Assembly: GCA_951406725.2 (NCBI GenBank)
Contig: OX597828.1
Coordinates: forward strand, 36,084,001 to 36,148,000
Direction: 5' to 3'
Length of the DNA stretch: 64,000 nucleotides
DNA from: Octopus vulgaris
Taxonomy: Eukaryota
In this document: positions 13,020-27,025 of the stretch, piece by piece
Layout of the letters: each line of letters opens with the position of its first letter
Position numbering within the stretch: position 1 is the stretch's first letter
Program-made: the position numbers and the translations under genes
The notes under the pieces: model-generated
What the model was told of the DNA's origin: nothing
The model's database searches: none
The model's input: the letters and a program-made list of their open reading frames with translations, nothing else

Positions 13020-16000
13020 TATTTAAACACATACACATATATAAACATATATATCTTTAAACACGTGCGCACACACACAAATACATTCTAACACAAAAAT
13101 ATATGTAATTACATTTTATAAGCCGCAGCGGTTTTATTTCAATTTTCGGTGGCGTTCATTAACGAAGACAAAGCCCTCACACAGGAGAGAACTCTAGTCT
13201 CTATTGCAAGTAACCCTTCTTTTTTTTCTTTTGTGAAGCTGTTTCCTAGCGAAGGATACAATAAAAATCGATTATATGTCCTCAAAAGCCACCCCCCTGA
13301 TACAGTGCTTTATCATGCTGAGACGCGAACCTGGACCGCAAGCTGAAAAGGTCCGATTTGTAATCTTACCCTTACCGGCCATTCGCCGACAAAAATGCTT
13401 TCTACAGAAAGTATTACAAGCTTTTAGAAACAACGCACTATCGAACGAAAAAGGGAAAACGTGTAGTGGCGTCCGAGTCTTTTTTTTTATTTATGAATTA
13501 TTATTATTATTAAATGCAAAAGTAAAGTGAAGTGAGTCAACTTCACAAGGGAATGAAAACAGGTAGCAAACACGGTTCGAAAGATGCATACTTCTTGATA
13601 ATATGGTAATAATGCATAGAGCACCTCGCCATTTCGTCTTCGTATTATGAACACACTATCTCACTCTATCTATCTATCTATCTTTCTTTCTCGTATACAC
13701 ACATTCATGAATATATTTAGGGGCAAACTTAAATGCTATGTGTATACATGTACATGTATTTAATGTACCTATGGCTAAAAGCGTTGTGTTGTATGTGTAG
13801 TGTATAAATATTCAACAAGCTGAGAATAGTGGAGCAAACTTACCATTCCGGATTTCATTATCTGTAAATTATTTTCCAGGTGAAGAACATGTTACGATGC
13901 TTAAAGAAAGATGGTTCCACAGCTGTGCTGGAATGTCGCCAAAAGCCACCCACCAACCACTCTGATTACTCAAACTCACACCTAAATCCTTCCTTCTACT
14001 TTTTTCTTTTTTCTTCCCTTCTGCCTTTCTTGTCATCCACCCTTGGCTTCCTTTTTTTTTCTTTTTGTTTGTTTCCTTTCGGCTTTCTTTTTCTTGCCGT
14101 CTTCTCTTCTCTCTATCTCTTCAGTTTCCCCCTTTTTTTTTGTTGTTGTTTCTTCTAGTTTGCGGTACTCATTTTCTTTTTTTCGTTATTCACTCGCACC
14201 TTTATCACTCGTCTATCCTTCCGTTCTTTTCTCGCACTCTTTCTTTGCCTCTTTCTCCTTCTCCTTGTCTATCATTCTTTGTTATCTTCTTTTTCTTTCT
14301 TCCTTCCTTCCTTCTATATCGTTGTAGCTCTTTCTGTCTTTATTTCCTTTGCTTTGTTCTTTTTTTCCTTTCAGCTTTCCCTTTCTTTCACTCCTCACTA
14401 GCATTACAAACTTGTCTATTTCTTTTGTTTTGCATTTTTCTCTGTTTTTGTAAAATGAAACACTAAAAAATACATACACACACACACACACAGAGAAATG
14501 ATGACACGGGAAGTGCGCGCGCGAATAAATAATTAATTAAATAAATAAATTAATAAACATATAAACTGCTCGAAATATGAACTTTTCATCATCTCCCACC
14601 TTACATTGCAACTGGTTTATTCTTAGCATTCAGACCCCCTCTCTCTCTCTCTCTCTCTCTCATATTTACATACATGCTCAGTCTGTCCGTCTGTCTGTCT
14701 GCCTCTCTTTCTTCTCTCTCTCTCTCTCATTCTGTCTCTCTCTCTCGTATTTCGCTTCTCATGTTCAACCAAATCAAATACGATGAATCAGTCAGGCTGG
14801 CTCTCTCAGTCACTCACTTAAATTTATTCATTCGTCCTCTCTCTATCAATCACTTGTTTTTCTCTCTTTCACTAGTACCTTTTACAAGTGTCCTCTAACA
14901 AGTCAACCTAAGTTAGTATGTCCCATACTTCTATCTCTCTCTCTATTTCTTTCCCTTTTTCTTTCTGCATCTCTGCCTCCTATCTGAGTCAGTCAAATTA
15001 AATTTGCTTGTTTCATGCGTTCTCATTAAATCAACTTGGCTCTCATTATCTCTTACATACTTATATGTATATAGATAGATAGAGTGTATATTATATACAT
15101 ACACAAAACACATGTATCCCTTACCTATCTATCGTTTTCTCTCGTTGGATACTTCTATATACAAATTTACTCAGTCTATCTCTAGCAAATTTTTCTCCCC
15201 TTTCAGCAAGGTTACGCGCCATACCACGCTGCCCAACATGGTTCGCAGAACACAGAAAGAAAAAAGAACAACTTTAAAAAAAAATATTATTTTTTCGCCT
15301 ATATCTTCATCTTTCTCTCTTTCTCTATCCTTCTTGTTTCCACCTCTTACCCTCTTTAATATTTCCTTACAGAGAATGAGTGGGAGGAGATCTCCTCCAC
15401 TCCATTCTCTGTATTTGATTGATATTCCAGCTTTTGTCTTCTGCTACCTTCACTTTTTATCACACACACACACACTCCTCACTCCTTGTCTTCAACATTC
15501 CAAGAAAAACTGACAAGGAAGGGGTGAAGAGAGAGAAAGAGAGAGACAAAATGTGCCGAATGCCAATTACCAACTGTAGAAGCTGTTGGCCAGACCCAAA
15601 TGAATGGAAGACAGGCGATAGTTCTGTCGGAATCTCGTTGATGATGAACAGCTGACCTAAATCTAAACCGTTTCATTAGGTCACCACCACATTGGTTTAA
15701 AATTAGCTTTTGTCAGCTTGAATCTTGTTTAAAACATGGATCTACCCCCACCACCACCATACACACACACCATGTATGTGTATCTTGTCTTGGCCTCTCA
15801 ACTTCCGATGGCGTTGTCGGGCGTAATTTTATACTTTGACACACATACATGCAAATATGTGTGTTTGTGTGTGTGTGGACAGATGAATGAATGGTTTCTA
15901 TAAGTTGATATACAGGGTGATTCGGAAGTCCCTTTAGCTTTTAAATGATGAATGGATCTTTTAAACAATGTGGTCTTGGGTTCAGTCCTACTGCGTGGCA

Positions 16001-16329
16001 CCTTGGGCAAGTGTCTCTCACAAACCCGGGCTGATCGTAGCCTTGTAAATTGATTTGGTAAACGGAAACTGAAAGAAGCCTATGATACATGTATGTGTGT
16101 ATGCGCGCGCGTACCACCATCACTTAACAACCGGTGGTGACCTAAGCAGTTCGGCAAAAGGAGAACGATAGCCTTAGTACAGACTTGAAAATGAGTATTG
16201 AGATCGATTTTTTTTTTCTCGATAAAACCCTCCAATGCCGTGTCCCATCATGGCCGCAGTCCAATGACTGCAAAAGATATCAGATAAAAGATAAAAGGAA
16301 TCAATGGAATAGTTCCGATAAAAGATATA

Positions 16330-16544
16330 CAAAGAGGTACTGAAAAGTTCTAGGCTTTAAGGGTTTCGCAGAAGACCTGGTTAGAGGCCCAACCTTCCGA
16401 GTTCCTTTTTCAGGGCTTAGAAAAACTGAAGGATCGCTGCAATAAGTTGGTGAATCTCAGAAGGGGAATATGTTGATTAAAATCATAACTGATCTGCCCG
16501 TATTTTCTTTTACCCAAAGCCAGGAACTTTTCAGCACCCCCTTA
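16330..16544 (+). mobile_element. mariner-derived MITE with TA TSD
   Basis: TIRs ..GAGGTACTGAAAAGTTCTAGGCTTT / AAAGCCAGGAACTTTTCAGCACCCCC; internal GLEKLKDRCNKLVNLR/GEYVD* resembles a mariner transposase C-terminus. Confidence 0.75.
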
Positions 16545-16564
16545 TATTTTAATATACTTTACTT

Positions 16565-17450
16565 TTACGTTGTGAATATCAGGGTGGGGAAGGAACGCAC
16601 TGGCAAGTTCTATATCAAGAAGGGTGTTCGTCAAGATTGTCTCGTCTCAGCCAAATGCTTCCATTATCTACTCTGAAGTTGCAATGAGATAATCAAATGA
16701 CGGACTTGGTTGGACGGAAGTCACCATCAGTAAATGAACATGAAAATTTTATGGTTTGCTGGACGATACAGCCTTTATTGGCGCTTTAGAGATTTCAGAC
16801 AAACCACTAAGTGTATTGGCGACAAAAATAAAAAACCACAGCAACTCAACGGCCAATGCCAAAAAGTGGCCTTAGTACAGGTCACCAAGTTCGAATATCA
16901 GGGTGCTATCAAAGAACAAATCAGGAGATGGAGGCAGTGAAATAAAAGCACAGCTCGGGTCAGCAATATCAGCCTTAAAATCACTCAATACAAGTTAGAA
17001 AAACAGAACAGAGCTTTTAACAAAGACATTGAGTCAAAGCTCCTGCAAACACTAGTTTCGCCTGTTGCACTGTCTGGATGTGAAAGTTTGATCTTTAGAG
17101 CAAACGACACTGCTAAATACAAAGCATTTGAAACAATGTGCTACCAAAGAATACTAAGGATCAGCTGAAATCATCATCGAACAAACGAGTCAGTGCTTTT
17201 TTGGAAACTGCCAAGAAAAGTAAGTTTCCGTATTTGGCGACATGTCCAGGGCTCAGAGCCTCGGGAAGCTATATATCGTAGAGAAACCGACCAAAATGAC
17301 GGATGACGACGTCAGAGAACGGATTGAAAGACCTCTGACTGAATGCACAAATAACTATGTACTAGAGGCAGAAATCGATGCAGAGGAATGGTGCTGGGTG
17401 TCCATAGATGGTCCCCGACACTCAGCAATGAGGATGAGATTCGCCGCCAC
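16565..17450 (+). pseudogene. Decayed 3' part of an RTE-clade LINE
   Basis: Broken frames: IRVGKERTGKFYIKKGVRQDCLVS, ILWFAG, LVQVTKFEYQGAI, LVSPVALSGCESL...KAFETMCYQRILRIS*NHHRTNESVL, matching RTE RT and C-terminal motifs. Confidence 0.8.
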
Positions 17451-18767
17451 CCACATATATATGGGGTGGGGGTAGTTAAGATTCGGGTAACGAAGAACTT
17501 ATTTAAACAATCACCTAAGGAGGCACATTTTACACCTTGGGTTTTAAATAATGATTGCACATCTCACCTATATAAAGGTGTAAGAATGTGTCGAAACAAT
17601 TGTGATTTTAAAAAGAAATGTTAATTCCATTTCCTATAATTTGTGTGTGTGTGTGTGTTTACGCGCGCGCATGTTTCATGAAATTCTGGGCTAAGTTTTA
17701 TCTTTTTTATTTATTTTAGATTTTTCATATTTTATACAAAACGAACAGTCGTGTGTTTAATGAAACATGCATTTAAGAAAAGCTGTTACCCATTTGTACG
17801 AATATATATATACATACATAAATAAATAAATAAATATAGTTATTCGCGTGCGCACACACGGCGCAAATCCTTAATTCATACGTTCGCGGTATCTGGGACT
17901 ATAAAAATCTGCAAGACCTTCTTAAGATTTAAAGGATGATGGTTAATAAACCTTGCTACCAAATAGGTGGCTGGTCAAAATTTACTCCAAATTAAGAAGA
18001 GAAAGAGAATATATGAGATGGGCAGGCATGGAACGGATAGACGGAAGAAATGAGAAAGACAAGATGGAAAGAATGAGACAGATAAACAGACGGACAAACA
18101 TTCAAATTCACAGATACAAATATATAAATAAACTGGGCAGACAAACAGACAAATAGCATCACATGCGTCCACTTTCCATCCGATCCTTACCATCCATAAG
18201 TAAGGCATCACTTCAAACTCAGGAACACACTCTACTCCAATTAATGGTACGTACGTGCATAAAAGAGAGGGAAGGGGAAATGAAGAATAAAAGGGGGAGG
18301 GCGAAGGATTGGAAATAGGGGCAAGAAGAAGGAAGTGGACGAGAGACAGTCGCCAAATCAATTATTTTTATAGACTTAATAATCTATCCGACGCCCCCCA
18401 CCAAACCGTTTGTTGGTTCGTCTGGAGTCTGTAGTGGGACATTAGTCAATCGTGTTGGTAAAATAAAAGCACTCTTCCATCCCCTTCTCAACTAACTGTT
18501 ACCTCTAGAAAAATAGATATATACATGTGTCTGGCTGGCTCCGTAAATGTATTAGTGTCTACTCGTGTGTATTCGTTCAGATCACTAATCGCTTGGCTAT
18601 AGAAAGCTAACTTTTTCTAACACTGCCTTGTCGCCTCTCTTTATATATATATATATACTCCGCTCTCTTTCTTATTGCATACAAACTCACAGATGTATGT
18701 CAATCTAAACATAGAAAAGTGTGCGTGTGTGTACACACACAAAGTGTATGTATATATGTAAATATAC

Positions 18768-18819
<52 letters not shown>

Positions 18820-18930
18820 ATATGTATCCAAATAAATTTCCGTACATGAGTGTGTGTGTATGCATGGATGAATTCTATTAAAACTGTCAGCATTTCGTTT
18901 CATTTGTAAATTCATTTTGCTGAACTTACT

Positions 18931-19343
18931 GTAGACCTTTCCGTCGATTTCCGTAAAAAAATTTTTTTTTACATATGGGCTTGCGGGAACTTTTGAAGTA
19001 ATGAGAGCGAAAGAGACTAAAAGAAAGCGATTGTATGACGAGGGAAGTTCTTTTGAAGTTACCGTGCATGTGAAGCATTGATGTACATGTGTGTGTGTGT
19101 GCGTGTGTGTGTGTTTGATGGGGTGTGGGAGACAGACAGTATGTTGTGTAAGTGAAGTGCTTCTGTTAGTGTGTGTGAAGAGACAGAGAGTAATGTGTGA
19201 AAGAGAGATAACTGAAATTTTTTACTCGGTGTATGTGTATATGTATGTATATTACTTCAAAAGTTCCCGCAAGCCCATATGTAAAAGAAAAAAAATTTTT
19301 TACGGAAATCGACGGAAAGGTCTACTAGAGACGAAAGATCGCC
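18931..19343. mobile_element. Copy of the same MITE in the opposite orientation, left tip truncated
   Basis: Same TIRs and internal sequence as 4169-4564, reverse-complemented. Confidence 0.9.
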
Positions 19344-19491
19344 AAAACATGTTCATGTGCCTTTTTTAGAGTTATCGCTACAGATTTTTTAAAATAGAAA
19401 TTAGAGCCAGCACTGAAAGTTATGACTACATCAACGTAAACAATGCGATCGAAGACAGAAAATTAACTAATGGGTGTATATGTATATACAT

Positions 19492-19871
19492 AGGCGCAGG
19501 AATGGCTGTGTGGTAAGTAGGTTGCTTACCAGCCACATGCTTCCGGGTTCATTCCCACTGCGTGGCACCTTGGGCAAGTGTCTTCTACTAGAGCCTCAGG
19601 CTGACCAAAACTTGGTGAGTAGATTTGGTAGACGGAAACTGAAAGAAGCCCGTCGTATATATATATATATATATGTATGTTTGTGTTTATGTGTTTGCGT
19701 TTGTTCCCACCATGCTGGTGTGTTTATGTCCCCGTAACTTAGCGGTTCAGCAAAAGAGACCGATAGAATAAGTACTAGGCTTACAAAGAATAAGTCCTGG
19801 TGTCGATTTGCTCGACTAAAGGCGGTGCTCCAGCATGGCCACAGTCAAATGACTGAAACAAGTAAAAGAGT
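19492..19871 (+). mobile_element. SINE family A
   Basis: AGGCGCAGGAATGGCTGTGTGG...GAAACAAGTAAAAGAG. Confidence 0.9.
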
Positions 19872-20112
19872 ATATTTCAGTATCAATCCATGCCATTAAC
19901 CATCCATGAGCACATTGCTTAAGTTTAGCAATGTAACACAATTGGCAACTAGTACATACATATTAATTGTTGGTAGGGACAACAATTAATATGTTCATAT
20001 GAGTACTTCCCTCTAACTGGCCTTATAGTAAGTAATCCCAGATTATATACACACACACACATCACATGGCAGTCCTAGGACGAATGCTGCTATAATTTAG
20101 CCCCAGGAGAAA

Positions 20113-20377
20113 TCGTCTCCAGCTGGCTATACAACACAATCTGTGTCCTTATATTTTTGAACAAGGGAACCTAGCACTCCCACTCAGCTCAAAAGAATAT
20201 CTGTGTATCGCAATTTCTGGGATATTTCTCTTCAGCAGAACAATTATTCTGTGCTGATGAAGGGAAATAACCTGGAAATTGCAATACACAGATTTTGTTT
20301 TGAGCTGAGTGGGGGTGCTAGATTCCCTTGTTCAAAAATAAGGACACAGATAGTGTCATATAGCCAGCTGGAGACAA
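20113..20377. mobile_element. Fold-back unit, probably an inverted Penelope pseudo-LTR fragment, with a hammerhead near the centre
   Basis: Arms of ~125 bp (gtctccagctggctata...ctcttcagca / tgctgatgaag...tatagccagctggagac) are diverged reverse complements around a spacer of about 10 bp. Confidence 0.7.
20248..20292 (+). ncRNA. Minimal type I hammerhead ribozyme with canonical core
   Basis: TCTGTG-CTGATGA-AGGGAAATAACCTG-GAAA-TTGCAA-TA-CACAGA: 6-bp stem I, palindromic ATTGCAAT stem III, weak stem II. Confidence 0.7.
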
Positions 20378-21111
20378 TGTCTCAACCAAGGGCAAGTCCC
20401 ACAGTGAGACTGAACCCGGAACTATGTGGTTGGGAAGCAAGCTTCTTACCTCACAGCCAGGCTTACAATGTGTGTGTGTGTATGTATGTATGTGAGGGAA
20501 ACACAGAGAAGCAAAAAAAGAAAGAGGAGAGGGAGAAATCATTTTATACATATGATCTGAAACCACTCTCACAGAAATGAATGAATGTACATATATATTC
20601 TATTCTATTCTAGGCAAAAGGTCTGTAATTTTAGGAGAGGGGGGCCAGTCAATTAGATTGACCACAGTACACAACTGGTACTTAATTTATTGACCCCAAA
20701 AGGATGAAAGGGAAAGTCAACCTCAGCAGAATGTACATATATATATTACAGGTAAACTAGTGTCCACCACAAAAAAAAAAGTGCATGAGGTGTGTGTGGG
20801 TGTGTAATTTTCATTGGAATTGGCCAAAACATGCTGAAGCATTAACTTCAAGTCTTTTAATCAACCATATTTACCACAGTGCTTATTTACATAATCACAC
20901 TTCATTTGTAAAAGCAATTAGTTACGGATAGTATTTTTATTTTTTTGACCCCTATAAACATAGACACCTAGTTTATTACAATAAGTTTATTACAATACAT
21001 TAGAATGGCTGGCTAGTAACAACACACTTCTCCGAACTGTTTGATTATGTTTATTCTTCCATTCGCAACAGCCAAATTTTCCCCAATATATTTAAGGTTC
21101 ATCAACAACCA

Positions 21112-21895
21112 TAGATGCAAGAGTGGCTGTGTGGTAAGAAGCTTGCTGCCCAACCATATGGTTCTGGGTTCAGTCCCACAGCATGGCACCTTGGGTAAGT
21201 GTCTTCTTCTATGACCTTGGGCTGACCAAAGCCTTGTGAGTGGATTTGATAGACAGAAACTGAAAGAAGCCCATTGTGTATATCATCATCATCATCATCA
21301 TCATCGTTTAACGTCCGCTTTCCATGCTAGCATGGGTTGGACGGTTCAACTGGGGTCTGGGAAGCCCGAAGGCTGCACCAGGCCAGTCAGATCTGGCAGT
21401 GTTTCTACAGCTGGATGCCCTTCCTAACGCCAACCACTCCGAGAGTGTAGTGGGTGATTTTATGTGCCACCGACACAGGTGCCAGACGAGGCTGGCAGAC
21501 GGCCACGCTCGGATGGTGTTTTTTATGTGCCACCGACACAGGTGCCAGACGAGGCTGGCAGACGGCCACGCTCGGATGGTGTTTTCTTATGTGTCACCGA
21601 CACAGGTGCCAGACGAGGCTGGCGGACGGCCACGCTCGGATGGTGTTTGTTACGTGCCCTATATATATATATGTGTGTATGTATGTATGTATATGTATGT
21701 ATTTGTGTGCCTGTGTTTGTACCCCCCACCATTGCTTGACATGAAATGTTGGTGTATTACATCCCCGTAAATTAGCAGTTTTGCAAAAGAGACCAATAGA
21801 ATAAGTTCTAGCCTTCCAAAGAATAAATCCTGGAGTCCGGTGCTGCAGCATGGCCACAGTCATATGACTGAAACAAGTAAAATAACAAAAGAATA
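21112..21895 (+). mobile_element. SINE family A with a family-D element (21282-21658, -) inserted in its central microsatellite
   Basis: The 5' and 3' halves of family A flank a (CAT)n-initiated family-D copy. Confidence 0.85.
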
Positions 21896-22773
21896 ACCTG
21901 TGTAAAACAATACAATATCTTTCCTTTAGTTTTCATTTATCAACATCACCATATATATTTTGCATAGCACTTGACATGCTTTGCTTAAATGCTTTTACAA
22001 ATATTTGAATATTAATCACGTTGCAATATTTGAATATTTATCATATTGCAATGCTTCAAGCAAATTTCAATGTTTATAATGATAATAATCATCATTATAT
22101 ATATGTAGCTTCTGCATCGTTTTAAATTTCACTAACAAGAAATTGATCAACCCAATGCACTGAAACTGCACTTGAGCCTGGCCTCCATGGCTGATGAGAG
22201 GATTCGTATGTTTGTTTCTCCTTCATCCTTTTCTGTTAATTATTTCCATGCTCTATTTTGATTGTATGTGCATGTGAGGGGGGAGGGGTGTTCAAAGAAG
22301 AACAGAAAATAAATTATGGATATTTCAGATACTTCATTGCATACATTTCAATAATCAATAATTAAATCAATTACTGATCATATCATCAGATGATGATAGC
22401 AAATTGTTTTGATATTGTCATCTGATAATACGACCAGTTATAAAATTCAATTACAGATAACTGAAATATATGTAACAAAATATCTGAAATGCCAACAATT
22501 TCTTATATTCTCTTAAACTACATTTGGTTCTTGTTAGTACATGTGATTTTAGTTTTGATCACGTAACTTTGATTATCTCGATTGCTGTTAGTTGCCTGCA
22601 GTGCAACTGCACAGAGTTCTGTTCTGTTTGTGGCACTATGCAATATGACGTGTTTAGTGTTAGTTTTTAGTTAGTCAAGACTGTAGCAACTCACTGCATA
22701 AAACTGTTATAGCGTTGAAGTTTAGTTTTGCTTACAATTTTTAACCATGTTTGTTTGTATTGTAGATTACTTT

Positions 22774-23143
22774 GAAGGCACGTGGCTCAGTGGTTAGAGC
22801 GTTGAGCTTACGATCGTGAGGTTGTGAGCTCGAATCCCGGACCGGGCTGCGTGTTGTGTTCTTGAGCAAGACACTTTATTTCACGTTGCTCCAGTTCACT
22901 CAGCTGTAGAAATGAGTTGCGACGTCTCTGGTGCCAAGCTGTATCGGCCTTTGCCTTTTCCTTGGACAACATCGGTGACGTGGAGAGAGGAGGCCGGTAT
23001 GCATGGGCGACTGCTGGTCTTCCATAAAAAAAAAAATTTTTGTTTTTAAATAAACACAACCTTGCCCAGACTTGTGCCTCAGAGGGTAACTCTCTAGGTG
23101 CAAACCCATGGTCAGTGTCTGACCGAAGGGGGTCACCACTACC
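22774..23143 (+). mobile_element. tRNA-derived SINE, family C, 10-bp TSD AGATTACTTT
   Basis: A box TGGCTCAGTGG and B box-like GCTCGAATCCC; TSD at 22764-22773 and 23144-23153. Confidence 0.9.
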
Positions 23144-23750
23144 AGATTACTTTATTTTTACTTGATTAAAACCTTTTAAACTTAAACATTCCAGTTTAGG
23201 TTTATAACAGTACATAACAGCCCAAGTTCATATTGATGAATCCCTAATGGAATTATACCAGCATGGGACTTAAACATAGCCCAGAGTTGAGCCCTAATTT
23301 TTTATGTAGACTTGTTGTACATTCAGTGTGTGTGTGTGTGTGTGGGGGGGTAATATTTTTCACACAATAGGCTCCTTTCAATTACCATTTACCAAATCCA
23401 CTCATGAGGTTTAGGTCAGCCCAGGGCTATTGTGGAAGATACTTACACAAGGTGCAGTGAAGTGGAACTTAACCCAGAACTACAGGGTTGTAAAGTGAGT
23501 GCCACAATGCATTAAGTAGAAGGGTGAAATTTATGCAATTACATTTAATTCTTCTTATGTTTCAAAATGCATGTAATCAAGGAATTAAACAAACGTAATA
23601 CTGTAAATTCCACTCTTGAACTTAATGCTAGTGGTAAGACATTGCCATGACCTACATAGAATAAGTGGCTGAAGTGAATTTATATGTGTAGATGTTTTGG
23701 GGGGTAGGGCAAGGTTCAAAAGCTTAAGTGAGAGAAAGAGAGAGAGATAG

Positions 23751-23791
<41 letters not shown>

Positions 23792-24778
23792 ATATACACT
23801 TTTGAGGCTGGGCAATGTCATTGACTTAGAATAATTGGATGGGGTGTGTATAAATTATGTGTGTACACACGTGTGTCTTGGAGATAAGGCAGTGCCTATG
23901 ACATAGCATAAATGGGTTATGTGAATACAATTGAACTAAAACTGCAATGACTGCAGGTTAGTCGATTAGTGGACGACATGCATGACTAGGTAGAATAGTT
24001 AGATGAAGGTGTGCCTGGTACAATATAAAAAGCAACTACCAACAACAATAAAATATATAGGTATGAAAAAGAAGGAAAAAAAAGTAGTTGGAAGTGGCTG
24101 TGTAGTTAAGAAATTTACTTTGGATCGATGTGGTTCTAGTTTCAATCCAACTGTGGGAACATCTTTCATAATCTCAGGCTGAACAAAGATTTTTTTTTTT
24201 TTTTAGCATAAAACAGTAAATGGAAATTGTGTGGAAACCTGCAACAGTTGAATTTTACAATCATCCTCATCATCACCATCATTTATCATCTGTTTTCTAT
24301 GCTGGTATAAGTTAGATGGTTTGACAAGTGCTGCCAAGGCCAGAAACCATACCAGGTTCCAGAGACTGTTTTGGCATGGTTGGCATGATTTCTACTGTTC
24401 AATACCTTTCCTAATGCCAACCACTTTACAGAGTGTACTCAGTGCTTTTTATGTGACACCATCACAAGTGATTTTTACGTGGCACCATCACCAGTGCTTT
24501 CTTTGTGGTACCATCACCTGTGCTTTTTATGTGGCACCATCACCTGTGCTTTTTATGTGACATCAGCACCAGTGGCTTTTTACATAGTACCATCACCAAT
24601 GCTTTTTTGTGGTACTATCACCAGTGCTTTTTATGTAGAACCAGCACTAACAGGACCACCAAGTACTTTGCAAGACAATATTACTTCTAATTAACAGAAA
24701 GTATAAGAAATGATTAAACAGTAATTTTCTAGTTATGATCCGTCCAACCCATGCTAGCATGGAAAACGGACGCTAAAC

Positions 24779-24815
<37 letters not shown>

Positions 24816-25340
24816 TTCTAAAGAAAAGTGTTCTGTTACTCAAGCAATGGTCTTTGTTATTGTTAAACTGATTTTCACATCTCAATAACTCCATATAATA
24901 GATCAGCATTCCAGTTGCGACCATCCTTATTTAATTTTCTCCAGTCAGTGTAGCATATCTTAAATGTTTGTTGTATTTTTCAAGATAGCATGGTGTGATA
25001 TTTGAATAAGATTTAGCTGCTATTTCCAACAGGTCAAGCAGCTCACAATCACCACAACCAAGCCAACAGAAGCTCCTTGAATGGAATTAGTAGATTTGAT
25101 GACAACTAAAATGTGGTTTGGCAGAATTGTTAGAGCATCAGACAAAATGCCTTGTAGCATTTAGTTATGACTCTAGGTTCCAAGATCAAATCCTGTTGAG
25201 GTCAACTTTGCCTTTCATTCTTTCAGGATCAATAAAACAAAGAACTATTCAAGTGTTGATGCTGATCGTATTGAGTAACACCCCTCCCCTTTAAAATTAC
25301 TGGCCTTGTGTCACAATTATAAATCATTAATAATTTAAAG

Positions 25341-26395
25341 TAGGGGTCGCCAAAGGGGGTCCGAGGGAGCCCCTAGGAGTTAGTGAGCTATTACAGCAGG
25401 ATTGAATGGAGGTGTCCCTTTATGGATAAACTTGCCTTGCAGTATTCAGTTATGTTCCTTTAGAGCTTTAAAATCACCCTGCAGTATATTGTTACTTGCA
25501 GACTTCCACATTTCATCTTTTACTCATATTATGTCGATAAAATAAGCCATCAGTCAACCACTAAGATTTATAATAACCATATACAACCCGCCCTTTGAAA
25601 CATCTAACCTCGTCGTCGTCGTCATCATCGTCGTCGTCATCATCATCGTCGTCTTCGTTGTCGTTGTCATTTAATGTCCGCTTTCCATGCTGGCAAGGGT
25701 TGGACAGTTTGGAACTGATTGAAATACTTAGTCAGCGCCATGAAATGTGGGAAAACATGATAAATTTTCACTGCAGCAAGAAGTCTGTTGTTGCTAACAT
25801 TCAAGGCCTGATATCGTAATCTGTATCGTAATCAAAGATTGGGAATTGTGATTGAGGGGATGTGGGCTGTCAAGTGTTTGCTTATAGAAATTGCCTGAAC
25901 CTGGGGGAACAAGGTGATTTGAGACTGAAACTGACCAACGATGCAGCCTGATATCAATGCCTTGATTCAGGATCACCATTCTCATTCCTCACTTTGATGT
26001 TGTCAATTTCAATGAAAGATATTCCAGCAATATGATGCGTTTTTCACATTTTCTAACCGTGTAAAATATTTTCATAAAAATTAAAAGTCTAATACTGTAT
26101 ACTCGTACTCATAGTTTTAAATATAAAAAGTGTGTCATCTTCAATAGAATTTCTTAATTTGTCATACGTATATATTTTAGCTAACATTTTAATTGCCAGC
26201 ATCAATACCCGGTACGCATTTAAGATATGGTACAGTAGGGTACGGTATCAAGGTATTTTAAATGAAGAGGGTGGTCGATGTAGGAGAAGTGGCTAAAGAG
26301 GGTCGATGTGGGAGAAGTGGGTAAAGGGGGTCGATGCGGGAAGAGAAGTGGCTAAAGGGAGGGGGTCGATGGTTGAAAAAGTTTGGCAACCCCAG
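25341..26395 (+). mobile_element. hAT (Charlie/Buster-type) deletion derivative with 8-bp TSD and a transposase C-terminal remnant
   Basis: TSD ATTTAAAG at 25333-25340 and 26396-26403; ends TAGGGGTCGCCAAA / TTTGGCAACCCCAG. ~25885-25995 translates (one frameshift) as RNCLNLGEQGDLRLKLT/MQPDINALIQDHHSHSSL*, resembling the Buster-type ending RNRL...GDLRL.LT...PDI..L...HQ.H.SH. Confidence 0.8.
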
Positions 26396-26650
26396 ATTTA
26401 AAGTAAACACTAAATCATCATTTCCTTCTAACATCCACTTTTCCATGCTGGCATGGGTTAGACGAAGTTTATTTTCTATTGCTGGATGCCCTTCCTGTGG
26501 CCAACCCTCACCAGTTTCCACAGAAGGTAATAGTTCCCTCATGGCCAGACGTTCTCATAGTATATTGGAAATGAATGACACTGCTTGGACACTCAATTAT
26601 AACTACATAGAATGTCAACACAGAGACACAAACATGAACTCATATATAAA

Positions 26651-27025
26651 GTGTGGTAAGAAGCATGCTTACCAACCACATGGTTCCGGGTTCAGTCCCA
26701 CCGCATGGCACTTTGGGCAAGTGTCTTCTACTATGGCCTTGTGAGCAGATTTGGTACATAGAAACTGAAAGGAGCCCATCGTGTATATATATATATGTAA
26801 ATATCTAAGTGTGTGTATTTGTGTCTGTGTTTTTTCCTCCTAAGACTGCTTGACAACCAGTGTTGCTCTGTTTACGTCCCTGTAACTTAGCAGTTCAGCA
26901 AAAGAACCAATAGAATAAGTACTAGGCTTTAAAAAAAATTAAGACAAGGGAGTGATTTGTTTGACTAAAACCCTTCCAGGCAGTGCTCCAGTATAGTCGC
27001 AGTCAAATGACTGAAAAAATAAAAG
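26651..27025 (+). mobile_element. SINE family A
   Basis: Diverged copy. Confidence 0.85.

Noticed and set aside
22774-22850. tRNA-like sequence
   Set aside because: It is the head of a SINE bounded by a TSD; the same holds for the other A/B-box heads.
24445-24640. Regularly spaced short repeats resembling a CRISPR array
   Set aside because: Tandem units without unique spacers, inside a retroposon, in eukaryotic DNA with no cas genes.
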